Part shown: positions 20,097-30,718 of the stretch, piece after piece
Numbering within the stretch: position 1 is the first letter of the stretch
How the letters are laid out: the number at the start of each line of letters is the position of its first letter
Assembly: GCA_963674705.1 (NCBI GenBank)
Contig: OY771506.1
Span: 5,344,001 to 5,408,000, forward strand
Origin: Phycisphaeraceae bacterium
GTDB taxonomy: Bacteria; Planctomycetota; Phycisphaerae; Phycisphaerales; Phycisphaeraceae
Direction of reading: 5' to 3'
Length of the DNA: 64,000 nt
Program-made: the position numbers and the translations under genes
Notes under the pieces: model-generated
Databases searched by the model: none
What the model was told of the DNA's origin: nothing
The model's input: only the letters and a program-made list of their open reading frames with translations

Positions 20097-20936
20097 TGTC
20101 ATTGGCGCCGACGGCTTGCCGGCCCGAAACCGGCGTCGGCAAACGCGCGACCGAGCCCGGATCGGCTTACCCGACCGCACCCTGCTCGGTAGCGCTGATG
20201 AACACCATCGCCAACTCATGTCGTGCTGAAGCGCGATCCATTTGGGTCAACTCGCCCCCGGCCCCCCCCCGGCCCCCGGAAATCCGGACCTCCGGACCTT
20301 CATGTTCAGATGACATCGATCGGCCGGTTTCCGCCTAACCCCAAACGCACGCGGCCGCAAATCTTTCAATCACTAGATGCGACTTATCCACCACTCAACG
20401 GGCGCACGGCCCTGTCGTGATCGCGCCCCATGCGCACCAACACGGCCCAAACACCCCCCACTGCCCCCCTCATGCGCACGCCCCGACCCGCCCGACCCGT
20501 TCCAGCACGCCCCCCCAACAGACACAAGCAACCGCCCCGCGGTTGATGCCTACCAGATCACGCTGAACGTTTTGCTTGACGTGTACTATCGAAGTGAACA
20601 AACTCTGCCTTAAACCGTCCCGTCACAGACCGCTTTGTCAGATGGATTCAAAGATCGCTGATCTCTTATCCGCACGATTCAAGACCCGGCATTCCTGACC
20701 GCCAACATCGACACCCGAGGGCCTGAGCTTGGTTGTATGTTACTCACCTGCTCCGAACCCGCCATATCGGAGGTTAACACCGTTTCTTCTCCCGCACGCT
20801 GTACTCGCTATTTAGATAGTTTTATACCTCTCTGCTTGCATGCCCCCCGTACATCACGCTAACATGTGCACGATTGAAGCTATCTGGCAGCATATCTTTA
20901 ATTTGGAATATCTAGCACCTTTCAAGGGGGACGCAC

Positions 20937-23900
20937 ATGTCCACTGAGCGCCACCGTGTTGAAATGCCGTCAATCCTAGATCGGGAAATATCTAGCGATA
21001 ACTCAGATGCATTTGGACATCGTCATTTTGCTCTAGCTCTACGAAGCTTGATTGAATCTCCAACCCATATGCCACCTTATAGTATAGGCCTGCTTGGCAC
21101 TTGGGGTACTGGTAAAAGCACAATAAAGAGGCTCTATCTTGAAAATCTTCTTGACGATACAGAATGTGATACTTCTGGAAAGAAGCGATCAGATAAATGT
21201 CAAGTAGTAACATTTAATGCTTGGCGATACGGCGGGGATGATATGAAACGTGCCTTATTACGGCATGTATTTCTGGAACTGGGCGGAGATGACAGCACGT
21301 TAAGAGATGTTCTGTTTCGAAAGATTGAACGCACATTTACAGAGCGTCGTGAATGGCGTGATATTTGGGCCGATATTGCTGACCGATGGTTGTTTGGGCT
21401 TCTCCAAATCTTATTTCCATTCACTTTGGTTGCGATCTTTCTAATTTCACTCCCGATATTTTATCCTTCAATAAATGATGTCGTTTATGGCACCACAGTC
21501 GTGGCTGTAATGACAGCATTGGGGGTATCTCTTAAGCAGCTTCTCGCTACCGAGCGATTCTTGGTCAATCGCACAGCTCCAGTCAAGCGCATCGAATTGC
21601 CCCATACGTCTGCAGAACAATACGAAGACCTATTAATTGACCAGATAAATAAATACAAGACTAGTAAAGAAGGTAAATCGTGCGAACGATTGGTTGTCTT
21701 CGTAGATGATTTAGATCGTTTGTCTGCGGAGGAAATGGTAAGTGGCCTTGATGCTGTGCGCACATTTATGGAGATACCATCTGATCAGATAAAGACCGGT
21801 CTGGGTATTATCTTTATTATCTCCTGCGACGAAGATCGTGTGGCACAAGCAATATCTGGACGTCACCGACGACTTGGTGCAGATCTCCCCGCGACTGTTT
21901 TTAGCCATAGCGACGCGCGCAGATACTTGGATAGGATATTCCAGTTTCGATTGGAGATTCCTCCATTTCCAAAACGAGATATGCGAGAATATGCTACACA
22001 AAAGCTAAAGGAAGCTGCTCCCGAGATAATTTCATCGATCGATTCTAAGAATATATCCTTAGCCGATGTAATCGACCGAATGATACATCCTGGAGTAGAA
22101 AGTCCACGCAATGCATTGCAAATCGTCAATGCATTTATTCAAAGTTGGTGGATAGCTGAGCGTAGAGAACGAGAAGGAGCCGGCTCTGATAGAGCCGGCG
22201 CTCTGTCCGAAGGTGCAGTTACCGACCACCCAGCGTCTTTAGCCATCATGTCCGGCTTAAGAGTAAGTTTTCCTCAATTCTACGCTGACTTACAAGAAGA
22301 TGTGGAGCTATTAAACAGATTTGATCAAATTGTATTCCGCGGACAGCCATTGTCCGAGCAACCTATCACAATACAGCCGATTCTCAAACGATACTTAGAC
22401 AAAGAAGGTGTCGATTTTCAGGCGGAACACGCGTCACTACGCCAATTTTTATCGAGTATTCGTGGGCACCGCTGGCCACCTAGCTTGCAAGCGTTGCTGC
22501 TGCTTACACAAGACCCTTTGACACGCAGATATGGCGATCGTTCCATCAAACTTCACCAAGCATTTGTATCAGGTGATACGCGTGAGGTTCTTGCTCAACT
22601 AGGACGGGCTCATGACCCGAAACCACTTCAGGTAGCGGACGTGCAAAAACTCCGAGACCTGAATTCAGAGCTGTACCAAGACACAGATATTCACCGTAAT
22701 AATGCAGCGTTTGTTCTTGCAGAACTCGCTGATCGTTTGCCCGTGTCCGATGCTCATTTTTTAATGAGTCCACTTGCGCGCCGCCTTGCAGAATCCCCTG
22801 AATTACGATGGCGAGTGACAGTCTCCAAGATTCGAGCGATCTTAGAAACTGCATCAGAATCTGATCGACAGGATGTTGCTTCGGTATTGATAGATGATCT
22901 ACTTTTAATAGATGATCCAATCAAGTTTAATCTGGATACAGGTGAACCACCATCTCTAGGTGAAGCAGTAGAGATGGTTCGAGAAGCATGTGATCTCTTG
23001 TTATGGATTAGAAGTCAAGATGGGCTTGATGACATAGCAGATGCAAATCTCATGACGTGGCTACGTGATCGCCCGGTTAAGGTTGTAAGCAAACAATCGA
23101 GTCTGCCGTTCCACATTTTGGAGAATTGGATAATTGAATATGAGTCGGGTCTCTTGCCAGTATTTGGGCCTGTTTATGCAGAACTGGTAGTTGCGCAATT
23201 TGAAGCAGATGATCTCACCCAACTAAAGCACGGAGCAAATGACTCAATTGGGCGATTAAAGAAGGTGTTTGATGCGATGTACAACAAAGGCGAAGACACC
23301 CGACCGAGGCTTTGGGAACTCTTGCATCAGCTAGTGGGAGTACGTCATTTTCATGCAATGGAATTGGCGTACAGTGACTTTCTTACACGACTAAGAGACC
23401 CAAATGAACAGGCATTGTCTAATTTCGTGCTAGCATTTGCCAAACGACTAAATAACTATTCTGAGGGGTGGTCGTTTGAATCTGTGGAACCGGAGGAAAC
23501 TCTCCTCCGCATATTAGATGCGCGACGTAGCGACGTATTGGAAACTGTCCATAAGTCACTCATCGACCTATGTATAACATGGAGTAATACAGATGGGCTC
23601 TATGACCACGCTGTGCAATTGGCCGAACATTTGTCACATATCAGCAGTGATCTTGCGCATGCTGTTTTGGATGAGTGGTGTCCACGCATACTAGACGATC
23701 TCTCATCCTCTAGCATTAAATGGATTGCTAAGAACTTCAATGCAAAATTAAATGCAAAGAATCGGCAGGCTGTCACGACTGCATTACAACCCGTGCATAG
23801 CCCGGGGCAACCTTCTAAAATACAAGGAGATAGATACCGTATATTTGTTAATGCACTTGACGATACAGTACTACAGACACCCGAGTTACAGCAATTCTTT

Positions 23901-24983
23901 GGCGATGTACTCGCAGTAGTCGTACAGCGACAAGACAATCAGAATGACTACCTTAAGTACATATTCCCGGTTTTACCAAGTCGTTTGGCAAAACTACCAC
24001 AACCGGCTGTGGGAAGGATGTTACAGTCGCTATTTATTGGTTCTGCTAGCCATCCAAACATATATGGATGGCTCCATGGCCAGATGGCAGATTACTGGCC
24101 TCAGCAGTCAGCACAATTGGAAAAGTATCAGCCACAACAACTATTTAATCAAGCCCATCAGTTTCTTGTCAACCAACCCGCATATCCGGATGGTCCGAGT
24201 CTCTTAAAATCTCTATCTGGCATGATCCATCGTGGGGCTATTAACGAAACGGAAGAGAACCGGCTCATAGAACTTGCATTTAAACTCTGGCCATCCCATC
24301 AGACAGCCGCACACGATGTGCTCTCTAAGAGTAATGCTGACCTTCCTATTGAACATCTAGTTGCGATCATCGATTCGGTTGATATGAATGATACTGAGCA
24401 AATAGCACGATTGAAATCTTTATGGACCCATGCTTTCGAGGAACAAGATACTGATAGTAGGGTCGATATGACTCGTCAAATCCTTGCTCATAATGCAAAA
24501 GAATCCGATATATTAAAAGATGCTGCCTTGTCGATCTGGGTGGATTCTCTAAACGACGAAGCGTTTGTGGTGTTGAAGACCGTATTTCTAATCGCTGATA
24601 TGCCAGACCCACAACGCAGAAGAATATGGCTACAGATAGAGCGCATACGAGATAGTGTAGGACTGCGCGATATCGTGGAACTAATTCCAGAGATTACACA
24701 GAACAACGATGTTAGCGGAACTATAGAAGCGATAATCATTGCCAAGGATGAAATTACGGCGATGTGTAATAGCGCTGAAGAACGCCACATGCTTGGAGAG
24801 TCGCTAGCCAAAGCGATGATTTCTATATCATCAAGGGAAGTTAAAACGCAATTTATGAATTGGCTACGAACTCTTGGTGCATCTACTATTGCAAAGAATA
24901 TTCATGACTATGGAGACCCTAGTGAGGATGATATTGAGATCGTGATTAAAGCGTTTCCCGAACTGCGTAAGTCGTTCACATGA
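20937..24983 (+). CDS. KAP-family P-loop NTPase with two inserted TM helices and a long helical C-terminal region
   Basis: DAFGH, Walker A IGLLGTWGTGKST, FNAWRY, Walker B VVFVDDLDR, YLDRIFQ and SPRNA motifs; visibly AT-richer than the flanks. Confidence 0.88.
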   Translation: MSTERHRVEMPSILDREISSDNSDAFGHRHFALALRSLIESPTHMPPYSIGLLGTWGTGKSTIKRLYLENLLDDTECDTSGKKRSDKCQVVTFNAWRYGGDDMKRALLRHVFLELGGDDSTLRDVLFRKIERTFTERREWRDIWADIADRWLFGLLQILFPFTLVAIFLISLPIFYPSINDVVYGTTVVAVMTALGVSLKQLLATERFLVNRTAPVKRIELPHTSAEQYEDLLIDQINKYKTSKEGKSCERLVVFVDDLDRLSAEEMVSGLDAVRTFMEIPSDQIKTGLGIIFIISCDEDRVAQAISGRHRRLGADLPATVFSHSDARRYLDRIFQFRLEIPPFPKRDMREYATQKLKEAAPEIISSIDSKNISLADVIDRMIHPGVESPRNALQIVNAFIQSWWIAERREREGAGSDRAGALSEGAVTDHPASLAIMSGLRVSFPQFYADLQEDVELLNRFDQIVFRGQPLSEQPITIQPILKRYLDKEGVDFQAEHASLRQFLSSIRGHRWPPSLQALLLLTQDPLTRRYGDRSIKLHQAFVSGDTREVLAQLGRAHDPKPLQVADVQKLRDLNSELYQDTDIHRNNAAFVLAELADRLPVSDAHFLMSPLARRLAESPELRWRVTVSKIRAILETASESDRQDVASVLIDDLLLIDDPIKFNLDTGEPPSLGEAVEMVREACDLLLWIRSQDGLDDIADANLMTWLRDRPVKVVSKQSSLPFHILENWIIEYESGLLPVFGPVYAELVVAQFEADDLTQLKHGANDSIGRLKKVFDAMYNKGEDTRPRLWELLHQLVGVRHFHAMELAYSDFLTRLRDPNEQALSNFVLAFAKRLNNYSEGWSFESVEPEETLLRILDARRSDVLETVHKSLIDLCITWSNTDGLYDHAVQLAEHLSHISSDLAHAVLDEWCPRILDDLSSSSIKWIAKNFNAKLNAKNRQAVTTALQPVHSPGQPSKIQGDRYRIFVNALDDTVLQTPELQQFFGDVLAVVVQRQDNQNDYLKYIFPVLPSRLAKLPQPAVGRMLQSLFIGSASHPNIYGWLHGQMADYWPQQSAQLEKYQPQQLFNQAHQFLVNQPAYPDGPSLLKSLSGMIHRGAINETEENRLIELAFKLWPSHQTAAHDVLSKSNADLPIEHLVAIIDSVDMNDTEQIARLKSLWTHAFEEQDTDSRVDMTRQILAHNAKESDILKDAALSIWVDSLNDEAFVVLKTVFLIADMPDPQRRRIWLQIERIRDSVGLRDIVELIPEITQNNDVSGTIEAIIIAKDEITAMCNSAEERHMLGESLAKAMISISSREVKTQFMNWLRTLGASTIAKNIHDYGDPSEDDIEIVIKAFPELRKSFT

Positions 24984-25049
24984 TGTTGATCTCCTTCTGA
25001 CCAATTTCTCCGGTTTGACATCTGACGTAGACCGCGCGAGTCTGCGACC

Positions 25050-25119
25050 AGCAAGAAGCATGGGCTCCCACTCCGGCATAGGGTGTGGTTAAGCGGAGCG
25101 CAACCCACCACGGATGCGG
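25050..25119. repeat. 70-bp direct repeat (family D) of 25667-25736
   Basis: 63/70 identical by eye. Confidence 0.85.
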
Positions 25120-25595
25120 ATTGGCTTGCCGCACTCGGGGCATGTAGCCGATCCCTTGCTGCCGCGCAGGTCGTAGCCACAGGCGGGGCAGTGACCGGGA
25201 GGATAACGTCGGTTAAACCTTGAATAGAGTGCCAGCATGGGCCACGGAGCAAGCACTGACATGATAATCCAAAAGGGTATCGGAGGAATCGGTATCTGAC
25301 CTTTGGTAATCGGCGCTTGCATCCACCAATACTGTTTCTTTGATTTACTGCTTTTTGCGGATCCGATGTTGATCCGAAGGCGTGCTGTCATGACATGGTC
25401 ATACTCTACGTACACTTCACCCACATACACGGTAAGTCTCACGACAGATTTCTGCGAAACCGGACAGACAATGTATGCAGATCGATAGCATGAACCGATC
25501 CACACAAAGCCGGTACAAATAGCTAGCACCGTTACGAATGCAAGCAGCACGCGCTTGATCCATCCGCGTTTCTTGCGCACCTGATTCATAACCAT
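25089..25595 (-). CDS. Small membrane protein with C-terminal zinc ribbon
   Basis: Two TM segments; CPACGYDLRG..CPECG, a motif typical of Phycisphaerae proteins. Confidence 0.75.
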   Translation of the reverse strand: MVMNQVRKKRGWIKRVLLAFVTVLAICTGFVWIGSCYRSAYIVCPVSQKSVVRLTVYVGEVYVEYDHVMTARLRINIGSAKSSKSKKQYWWMQAPITKGQIPIPPIPFWIIMSVLAPWPMLALYSRFNRRYPPGHCPACGYDLRGSKGSATCPECGKPIRIRGGLRSA

Positions 25596-25642
25596 TAATC
25601 ATCGCGGTGGTCGCGCAGAGTGTCAATTAACCAGCCCTCCAA

Positions 25643-26230
25643 GCCGGGTGCCCGTCTTTGACCCGAAGCAAGCAGCGTGGGTTCCCGCTCCGGCGTAGGG
25701 GGTGGTTAAGCGGAGCGCTACCCACCACGGATGCGGTCTGGCTCGCACACTGCGATTGATCGCTGGCACGGATGTCCGGGCGGGGTCGGCCTCCGGACCT
25801 GCGGCGGGTTGATGGGATTGATTGAATGCGTGGATTCCCGCCTCCGCGGGAATGACGGAGGGGGGAACGGGGTCGGATATCTAAGTTGAGCGCGGAATGC
25901 TTCGCGTGTGGGCGTAAGGTATCCGGGGGCGGCCCTCACCCCGGCCCCCCCGGAAGTCTCCCAGGGGGAGAGGGAGAGTGTAGGTCCGGGCCTGCCCGGA
26001 CACGGATAACATCGGGATGCACTCATGGCCGGGCGGGCCCGGAGCTACGGTTGGTTGATGGGATTCATTGAGCGCGTGGATTCCCGTGTGCACGGGAATG
26101 ACGGTGAATACTGCGCGCGGGGGATCCGGGGGCAGCCCTCACCCCGGCCCTCTCCCAAGGGGAGAGGGGGAAAGTATGTATCGAGATTCGCGCAGAGCGT
26201 AAGGTATCCGGGGGGAGAGGGAGTAAGATC
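25643..26230. repeat. Mosaic cluster of several REP-like palindromes, partly a ~246-bp tandem duplication
   Basis: ggattcccg..cgggaatgacgg at 25832 and 26078; ccctcaccccggccc..ggggagaggg at ~25933 and ~26135; cgtaaggtatccggggg occurs twice. Confidence 0.8.
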
Positions 26231-26289
26231 GCTTAAACGGGGTCGGACTTGTCTAGAATAGAAACTTGGTTTTGTTCGGCATTCGGCTA

Positions 26290-29200
26290 TCAATCGCGGA
26301 TCATGTTTCGTGGGACGGATACGTCGATGCGTTTGATGTCGCCTGTCCGGTTAAAGACGTTCTGTGATAAAGCCACCGGTAACGTGTCGCCGGCGATCTG
26401 CTGGGTTTGGTTGTTGCTGGTTGTTACGCAGATCGTGGCTGGGCCTTCGGCCAGGTGATAGATCACGGGGACCTGGCATATAGTAAAACCGATTGAACCT
26501 TCGGGCAGTTCGATGGCTTCGTTGCGGTTGGCGATATCGTAATACCTGAAGACCGATTCGATCTTAAGAAACTCGTCGGATTTAATCAGTCTTGGTGCAA
26601 AACGTATCGTGCCTTGTTTGATGATCAGGCCGAGTTCAGCGTGTCGGGTGATAATTTCTTCTTTGACCTGGCCGGTCATGCCGGGCTGGCGTGCGCCGGA
26701 GTGGCCGGTCGTGTGCGAGTAGGGATCGGTGGGGAATGCACCGTATTCGACGGGGGTTTTGTTGAAACCGAGGCCGCCACGTACATGATCGTAAGCATCG
26801 GCGAGCTTGGATATCGTCTGATCGTCCGCCCCCTGCTCTACCGCACGGAGATAGCTTTCCTGCACGGCCAGTAACAGCTTGGCAACCATGTGCCAATAGA
26901 TGCAGCCTAATCCTTCATAGCCATACATCGTGCCCGAACGACCCGTGAAGTATTTGTGATGATACACATGTTCAAACAAGTCCTTGATAAGCTGGGTATC
27001 GCTTTGAACAAGGGGACGCAATGATTCAGAACGAGCAACATCATCAAGCACTTTTTTGAGTTGCTTGGCTGTATTGATGTTGGTGGCGAATCGGTATTTG
27101 CCTTCCGCATCTTTATAGATGATGCGTTCGTCCTGTTGAGATAGCATCTCACGTAACAACGAAGATGCCTGGACCTTATTCGCAGGTGCAACATTCTTTT
27201 CGAGGAAGTCGGGCAGGACGCGGTTGGGGTACAGCATGTAACTGGATTGATCATCCCGGTACATGGCGCTGCCAGCCAGCGCATCCAGCAGGTTGATCGC
27301 CTGCTCGGTGCTCAATACCCCGCTGCTGAGCGCCGCCACCTGGCCCTCGAGCATTTCATACATATGGCTTAATGAAACAGCGTCACCAGACTGAGACAAT
27401 TCCATCAGGTTGTACGCATGGTACATACCGTCTTCGCGTTGGTTCTGCTTGATGCTGTGGTCGATGTACTGGAGCGTCAGTTCAAATAGTTGGTTGATCT
27501 GCTCAAGCTTCACAGAAGTCTTACCCGACAGGCCGTTTTCGTATAACGCCCGGCGATATGCATCGAACGCTGTGCCCAATTCATCCAGGAGTTTCTTACG
27601 CTCGGTATCGTCGACGCGGTTGTTATCGAGCACGGCTTTGCTTGCATCCAGTGCTGTGAATATGCGCGAAAGCCAGTCCACCACCTCGCCGGTAATACCG
27701 ACCGTATCTATATCCAGTTCGGCGAAGAGGTTTCGGCAGAAAGCGATGTATCGTCTCAGGTAACAGAGCGTGACGACGGACAACCCGTTGCCGACAAGCG
27801 CGTTGTTGGCGTCGTTCCATTCCGGGCGTTGCGTGTTCAGCCAGAGGCCACCATCCAGCACCAGGTTGCTCAATTTTGCAAGCGCAGGCACCAGTAACTT
27901 CTCGATCAGGCTGACATGCATGACCTGGCCATTGGCGTCGACAAGCAATCTGCCATCCGCGCCGACTTTCTTCACACGGTCCGACACGCGCTTACTTTGA
28001 TCGAAGTCAAACACGATCGTATCGTTGGGGTCTTCGAGTATTTGATCGTATGGCTTGATGCGATACGGGACATCGGCGTAGCTGAAGACGTTCTGCGTAA
28101 GCATCTTGCCGAGTTGATCGGGATAGTAGCCGTGCAGTTGTTCGAGCAGGCGAAGCAGGTAGACGATCTGGTGGTCCCCCCAGTAACCGATGTTGCTCCA
28201 GGGGTTGTCCGGCTCAACAACTTCCCAATCGATGCCGTCGCTGGTAATGCGATACGGGTTGTAACCATCGGCGGTGGAGGCGTTGACAAACTTGGCGATG
28301 ATGCTGGGCAGGAAGCCGGGGAAGCTGAGGCAGAGTGCTTCCCAGTTCTGGAAGATATCGCGCCAGTTGCCCTGGTATGCAAGGACGCGGTTGCCTTGCT
28401 CATCTTTAAGACGGATATCAAATTGATTCCACGGCCGGCTCGGGTCGCCATGGCGTCGGCTGAAGTAAAGCGGCAGGTATTCGTAACACAAGCGATGCAG
28501 GTCCGCGTCATTTGCATCAGAAACCTTCTGAAGCAGATCGTGGACGGGCAAGGTCTTGGGCAAATCTGAGAGGAAAGCCTGGTGACGATCCGCAACAGGT
28601 TTGTTCCGCGCTTCGATAAATCTTGCCAGATCAATACTGGTTATGTTGTAGTTATTGTTGAAAACGCCACCTCGCATGTTGTTGAACAAAACATTTGCGA
28701 AGTGATGAGCGGGCATCGTCCGCACGCCTGTCACCTGTAATCCGTCGGCGCTGGCGACATTACGACGGAGATTCTGATCGCCCGCCAGGCAATCCAGTTC
28801 GACCGCCTCGATGATGTTCTTGTCCTCGCGTAAAGTACGGCGCAGGTGTACGGTTTTCTTCTGATTCTGTTTAACATCAGCAACGATATGCCAGTGATGC
28901 AACTGACCGGGCCCGACGCTCAGCGTGGATTTAAGCAGGAACGCCGCTTTGCGTCCCTTCAGAACCGGCTCAGATCGCAGCGTTTTCTTGTAGCGGAATG
29001 CATCGAGCTGCTCGGGGCGCAGGTAGAGGCTCGGGTCTATGAGTCCCCTGCTCCACACCGTCGTCGCATACATGGTTTCGCCCGGCTCGGGGCGGTCGGT
29101 GATCATGGAGCTGAGCATGTAGATGCCTAACCCGGTGTCTTCATCGATCACGGAATGCTTGTAGGCATCGGCAAGGCAGTGGCGGTGCTGATGCGTCGTG

Positions 29201-29775
29201 GCGGTGATCCCGTAAGCGAGGATGTTACGCAGCCCGTCCATGATGGTGACCTGGACTTCGGCGTCACCCGAATTAGCCAGCGTTGCGCGTCGGACAAAGC
29301 CAAACGCTTCGCTGAAACTCCAGCGGTACCTGAACGCCATATCCAGGTCCTGATTGATCTCTTCAAAGATGATCGAGTTTTCGAGTTCACTCTTGTAAAG
29401 ATGTCGACGGACACGGTAATGGTCCGTGGATGCCTGGGTGAATGGTTCCCAAAGCGTCTGCCCCACTTCCGGGTGGTCTACCCAAATGGCGGTGCAGGGG
29501 CCGGTGTGGGTATGAGATTGATAGAGCTTGTCTTCTGAATCGTATGGGAACAGGGCAATATCGGGGTTTGCTCTGCCGGCGGTTATACCACCGAGGCTCG
29601 AGATGTACATCCAGTGATCCGAATCGCTGACGATACTCATCAGGAACGGGTCGAGCTGGTCGTAATCCTGAATGGAGTTATACGATTCACCATCGATGCG
29701 TGTGAATCGGCCGACCGGGACGTGATCCTTTTCATCGTGCAGCACCGGGTATGTGATGTTCTTCTCGCTCAGCAT
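26290..29775 (-). CDS. GH149-like beta-1,3-glucan phosphorylase
   Basis: About 1160 aa, cytoplasmic; RRHGDPSRPWN, YQGNWRDIFQNWEAL, GYWGDHQ, NTQRPEWNDANNAL, YEGLGCIYWHM and FPTDPYSHT..QPGMTGQVKE motifs as recalled for GH149; GH16/GH17 context. Confidence 0.8.
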   Translation of the reverse strand: MLSEKNITYPVLHDEKDHVPVGRFTRIDGESYNSIQDYDQLDPFLMSIVSDSDHWMYISSLGGITAGRANPDIALFPYDSEDKLYQSHTHTGPCTAIWVDHPEVGQTLWEPFTQASTDHYRVRRHLYKSELENSIIFEEINQDLDMAFRYRWSFSEAFGFVRRATLANSGDAEVQVTIMDGLRNILAYGITATTHQHRHCLADAYKHSVIDEDTGLGIYMLSSMITDRPEPGETMYATTVWSRGLIDPSLYLRPEQLDAFRYKKTLRSEPVLKGRKAAFLLKSTLSVGPGQLHHWHIVADVKQNQKKTVHLRRTLREDKNIIEAVELDCLAGDQNLRRNVASADGLQVTGVRTMPAHHFANVLFNNMRGGVFNNNYNITSIDLARFIEARNKPVADRHQAFLSDLPKTLPVHDLLQKVSDANDADLHRLCYEYLPLYFSRRHGDPSRPWNQFDIRLKDEQGNRVLAYQGNWRDIFQNWEALCLSFPGFLPSIIAKFVNASTADGYNPYRITSDGIDWEVVEPDNPWSNIGYWGDHQIVYLLRLLEQLHGYYPDQLGKMLTQNVFSYADVPYRIKPYDQILEDPNDTIVFDFDQSKRVSDRVKKVGADGRLLVDANGQVMHVSLIEKLLVPALAKLSNLVLDGGLWLNTQRPEWNDANNALVGNGLSVVTLCYLRRYIAFCRNLFAELDIDTVGITGEVVDWLSRIFTALDASKAVLDNNRVDDTERKKLLDELGTAFDAYRRALYENGLSGKTSVKLEQINQLFELTLQYIDHSIKQNQREDGMYHAYNLMELSQSGDAVSLSHMYEMLEGQVAALSSGVLSTEQAINLLDALAGSAMYRDDQSSYMLYPNRVLPDFLEKNVAPANKVQASSLLREMLSQQDERIIYKDAEGKYRFATNINTAKQLKKVLDDVARSESLRPLVQSDTQLIKDLFEHVYHHKYFTGRSGTMYGYEGLGCIYWHMVAKLLLAVQESYLRAVEQGADDQTISKLADAYDHVRGGLGFNKTPVEYGAFPTDPYSHTTGHSGARQPGMTGQVKEEIITRHAELGLIIKQGTIRFAPRLIKSDEFLKIESVFRYYDIANRNEAIELPEGSIGFTICQVPVIYHLAEGPATICVTTSNNQTQQIAGDTLPVALSQNVFNRTGDIKRIDVSVPRNMIRD

Positions 29776-29835
29776 TGCTATATCCTTAACTAATTAAACT
29801 CGATGCAATCTATCGCCCTGATGTACTGTTGTTGA

Positions 29836-30711
29836 CTAACCCTTAACCGCTCCGGAGGTCAGGCCGGAGAGGAATTCCTTTTGCAGCAACAGGAACAGAA
29901 CCAGAACCGGCAGGATGGAAACAACCGTTCCTGCCATGATTAATCCATAATCGGTGCCGTACACGCCGCGCAATTGGTTGATGGCTACCGCCAGGGGCAT
30001 CTTCTCGGGGGATTGAAGCACTATCTGCGCCCCAATGAAGTTGTTCCATGCTCCCAGGAATGTCAACAGCAGGAAGGCGCCCATCATGGGGCGGATCAAC
30101 GGCAAGACGAACATGAAGAATATCTTGATCTCGCCACAGCCGTCGATACGTGCCGACTCGAGCATTTCATTGGGGACGGCGTTGACCGTCGCTTGCCTGA
30201 ACAGATACACCCCGAACGCGGGTGCGAGCCCGGGCAGGATCAGGCCTGAGTAACTATCCAGAAGGCCGAACCAGTACAGCAGCTGGTAATTCGGCGCCAA
30301 AAGCAACGCCCCGGGCACGACAAGTGCCGCCAGCACGAGCTTGGTGATACTTTCTCTTCCCTTGAAGTTGAACTTAGCCAGTGCATAACCACTCGTCGCT
30401 GCAAAGAGTGTCGCCAACACGCCGCTGACGGAAGCGAAAAACGTCGAGTTCAGGATCGGCCTGCCAAAACCCTCCTCGGCAAAGAGACGCTGGAAGTGGT
30501 CGAAGTTGAGTTTGTCCCAGGCGACGCCGAAGAGGCCGTCACCCGCGGGCAGGAACAGGTCGTCAAAGAAGATCTCGGATGGTTTAAGCGAAGCACACAG
30601 CAGGTAAGCGAACGGGATGAGTGTGATCAATGCGCAGAAAATCAACGCGGTATACAGCACGATGTATAGCAACACGGAATTGAACTTCTTGTTGTTGCCG
30701 GTTGACTCCAT
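29836..30711 (-). CDS. Carbohydrate ABC transporter permease (MalG-like)
   Basis: EAA loop ESARIDG; GYALAKFNFKGR; 6 TM helices. Confidence 0.92.
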   Translation of the reverse strand: MESTGNNKKFNSVLLYIVLYTALIFCALITLIPFAYLLCASLKPSEIFFDDLFLPAGDGLFGVAWDKLNFDHFQRLFAEEGFGRPILNSTFFASVSGVLATLFAATSGYALAKFNFKGRESITKLVLAALVVPGALLLAPNYQLLYWFGLLDSYSGLILPGLAPAFGVYLFRQATVNAVPNEMLESARIDGCGEIKIFFMFVLPLIRPMMGAFLLLTFLGAWNNFIGAQIVLQSPEKMPLAVAINQLRGVYGTDYGLIMAGTVVSILPVLVLFLLLQKEFLSGLTSGAVKG

Positions 30712-30718
30712 CACGCTC

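Noticed and set aside
19953..26290. Intact prophage or ICE at tRNA-Ser
   Set aside because: No integrase, phage or conjugation genes, and no duplicated tRNA 3' end found by eye.
25718..26293. Several short ORFs in the repeat mosaic
   Set aside because: They are translations of palindromic repeats (PSPRPSPKGRG, SFPRRRES) and are not credible genes.
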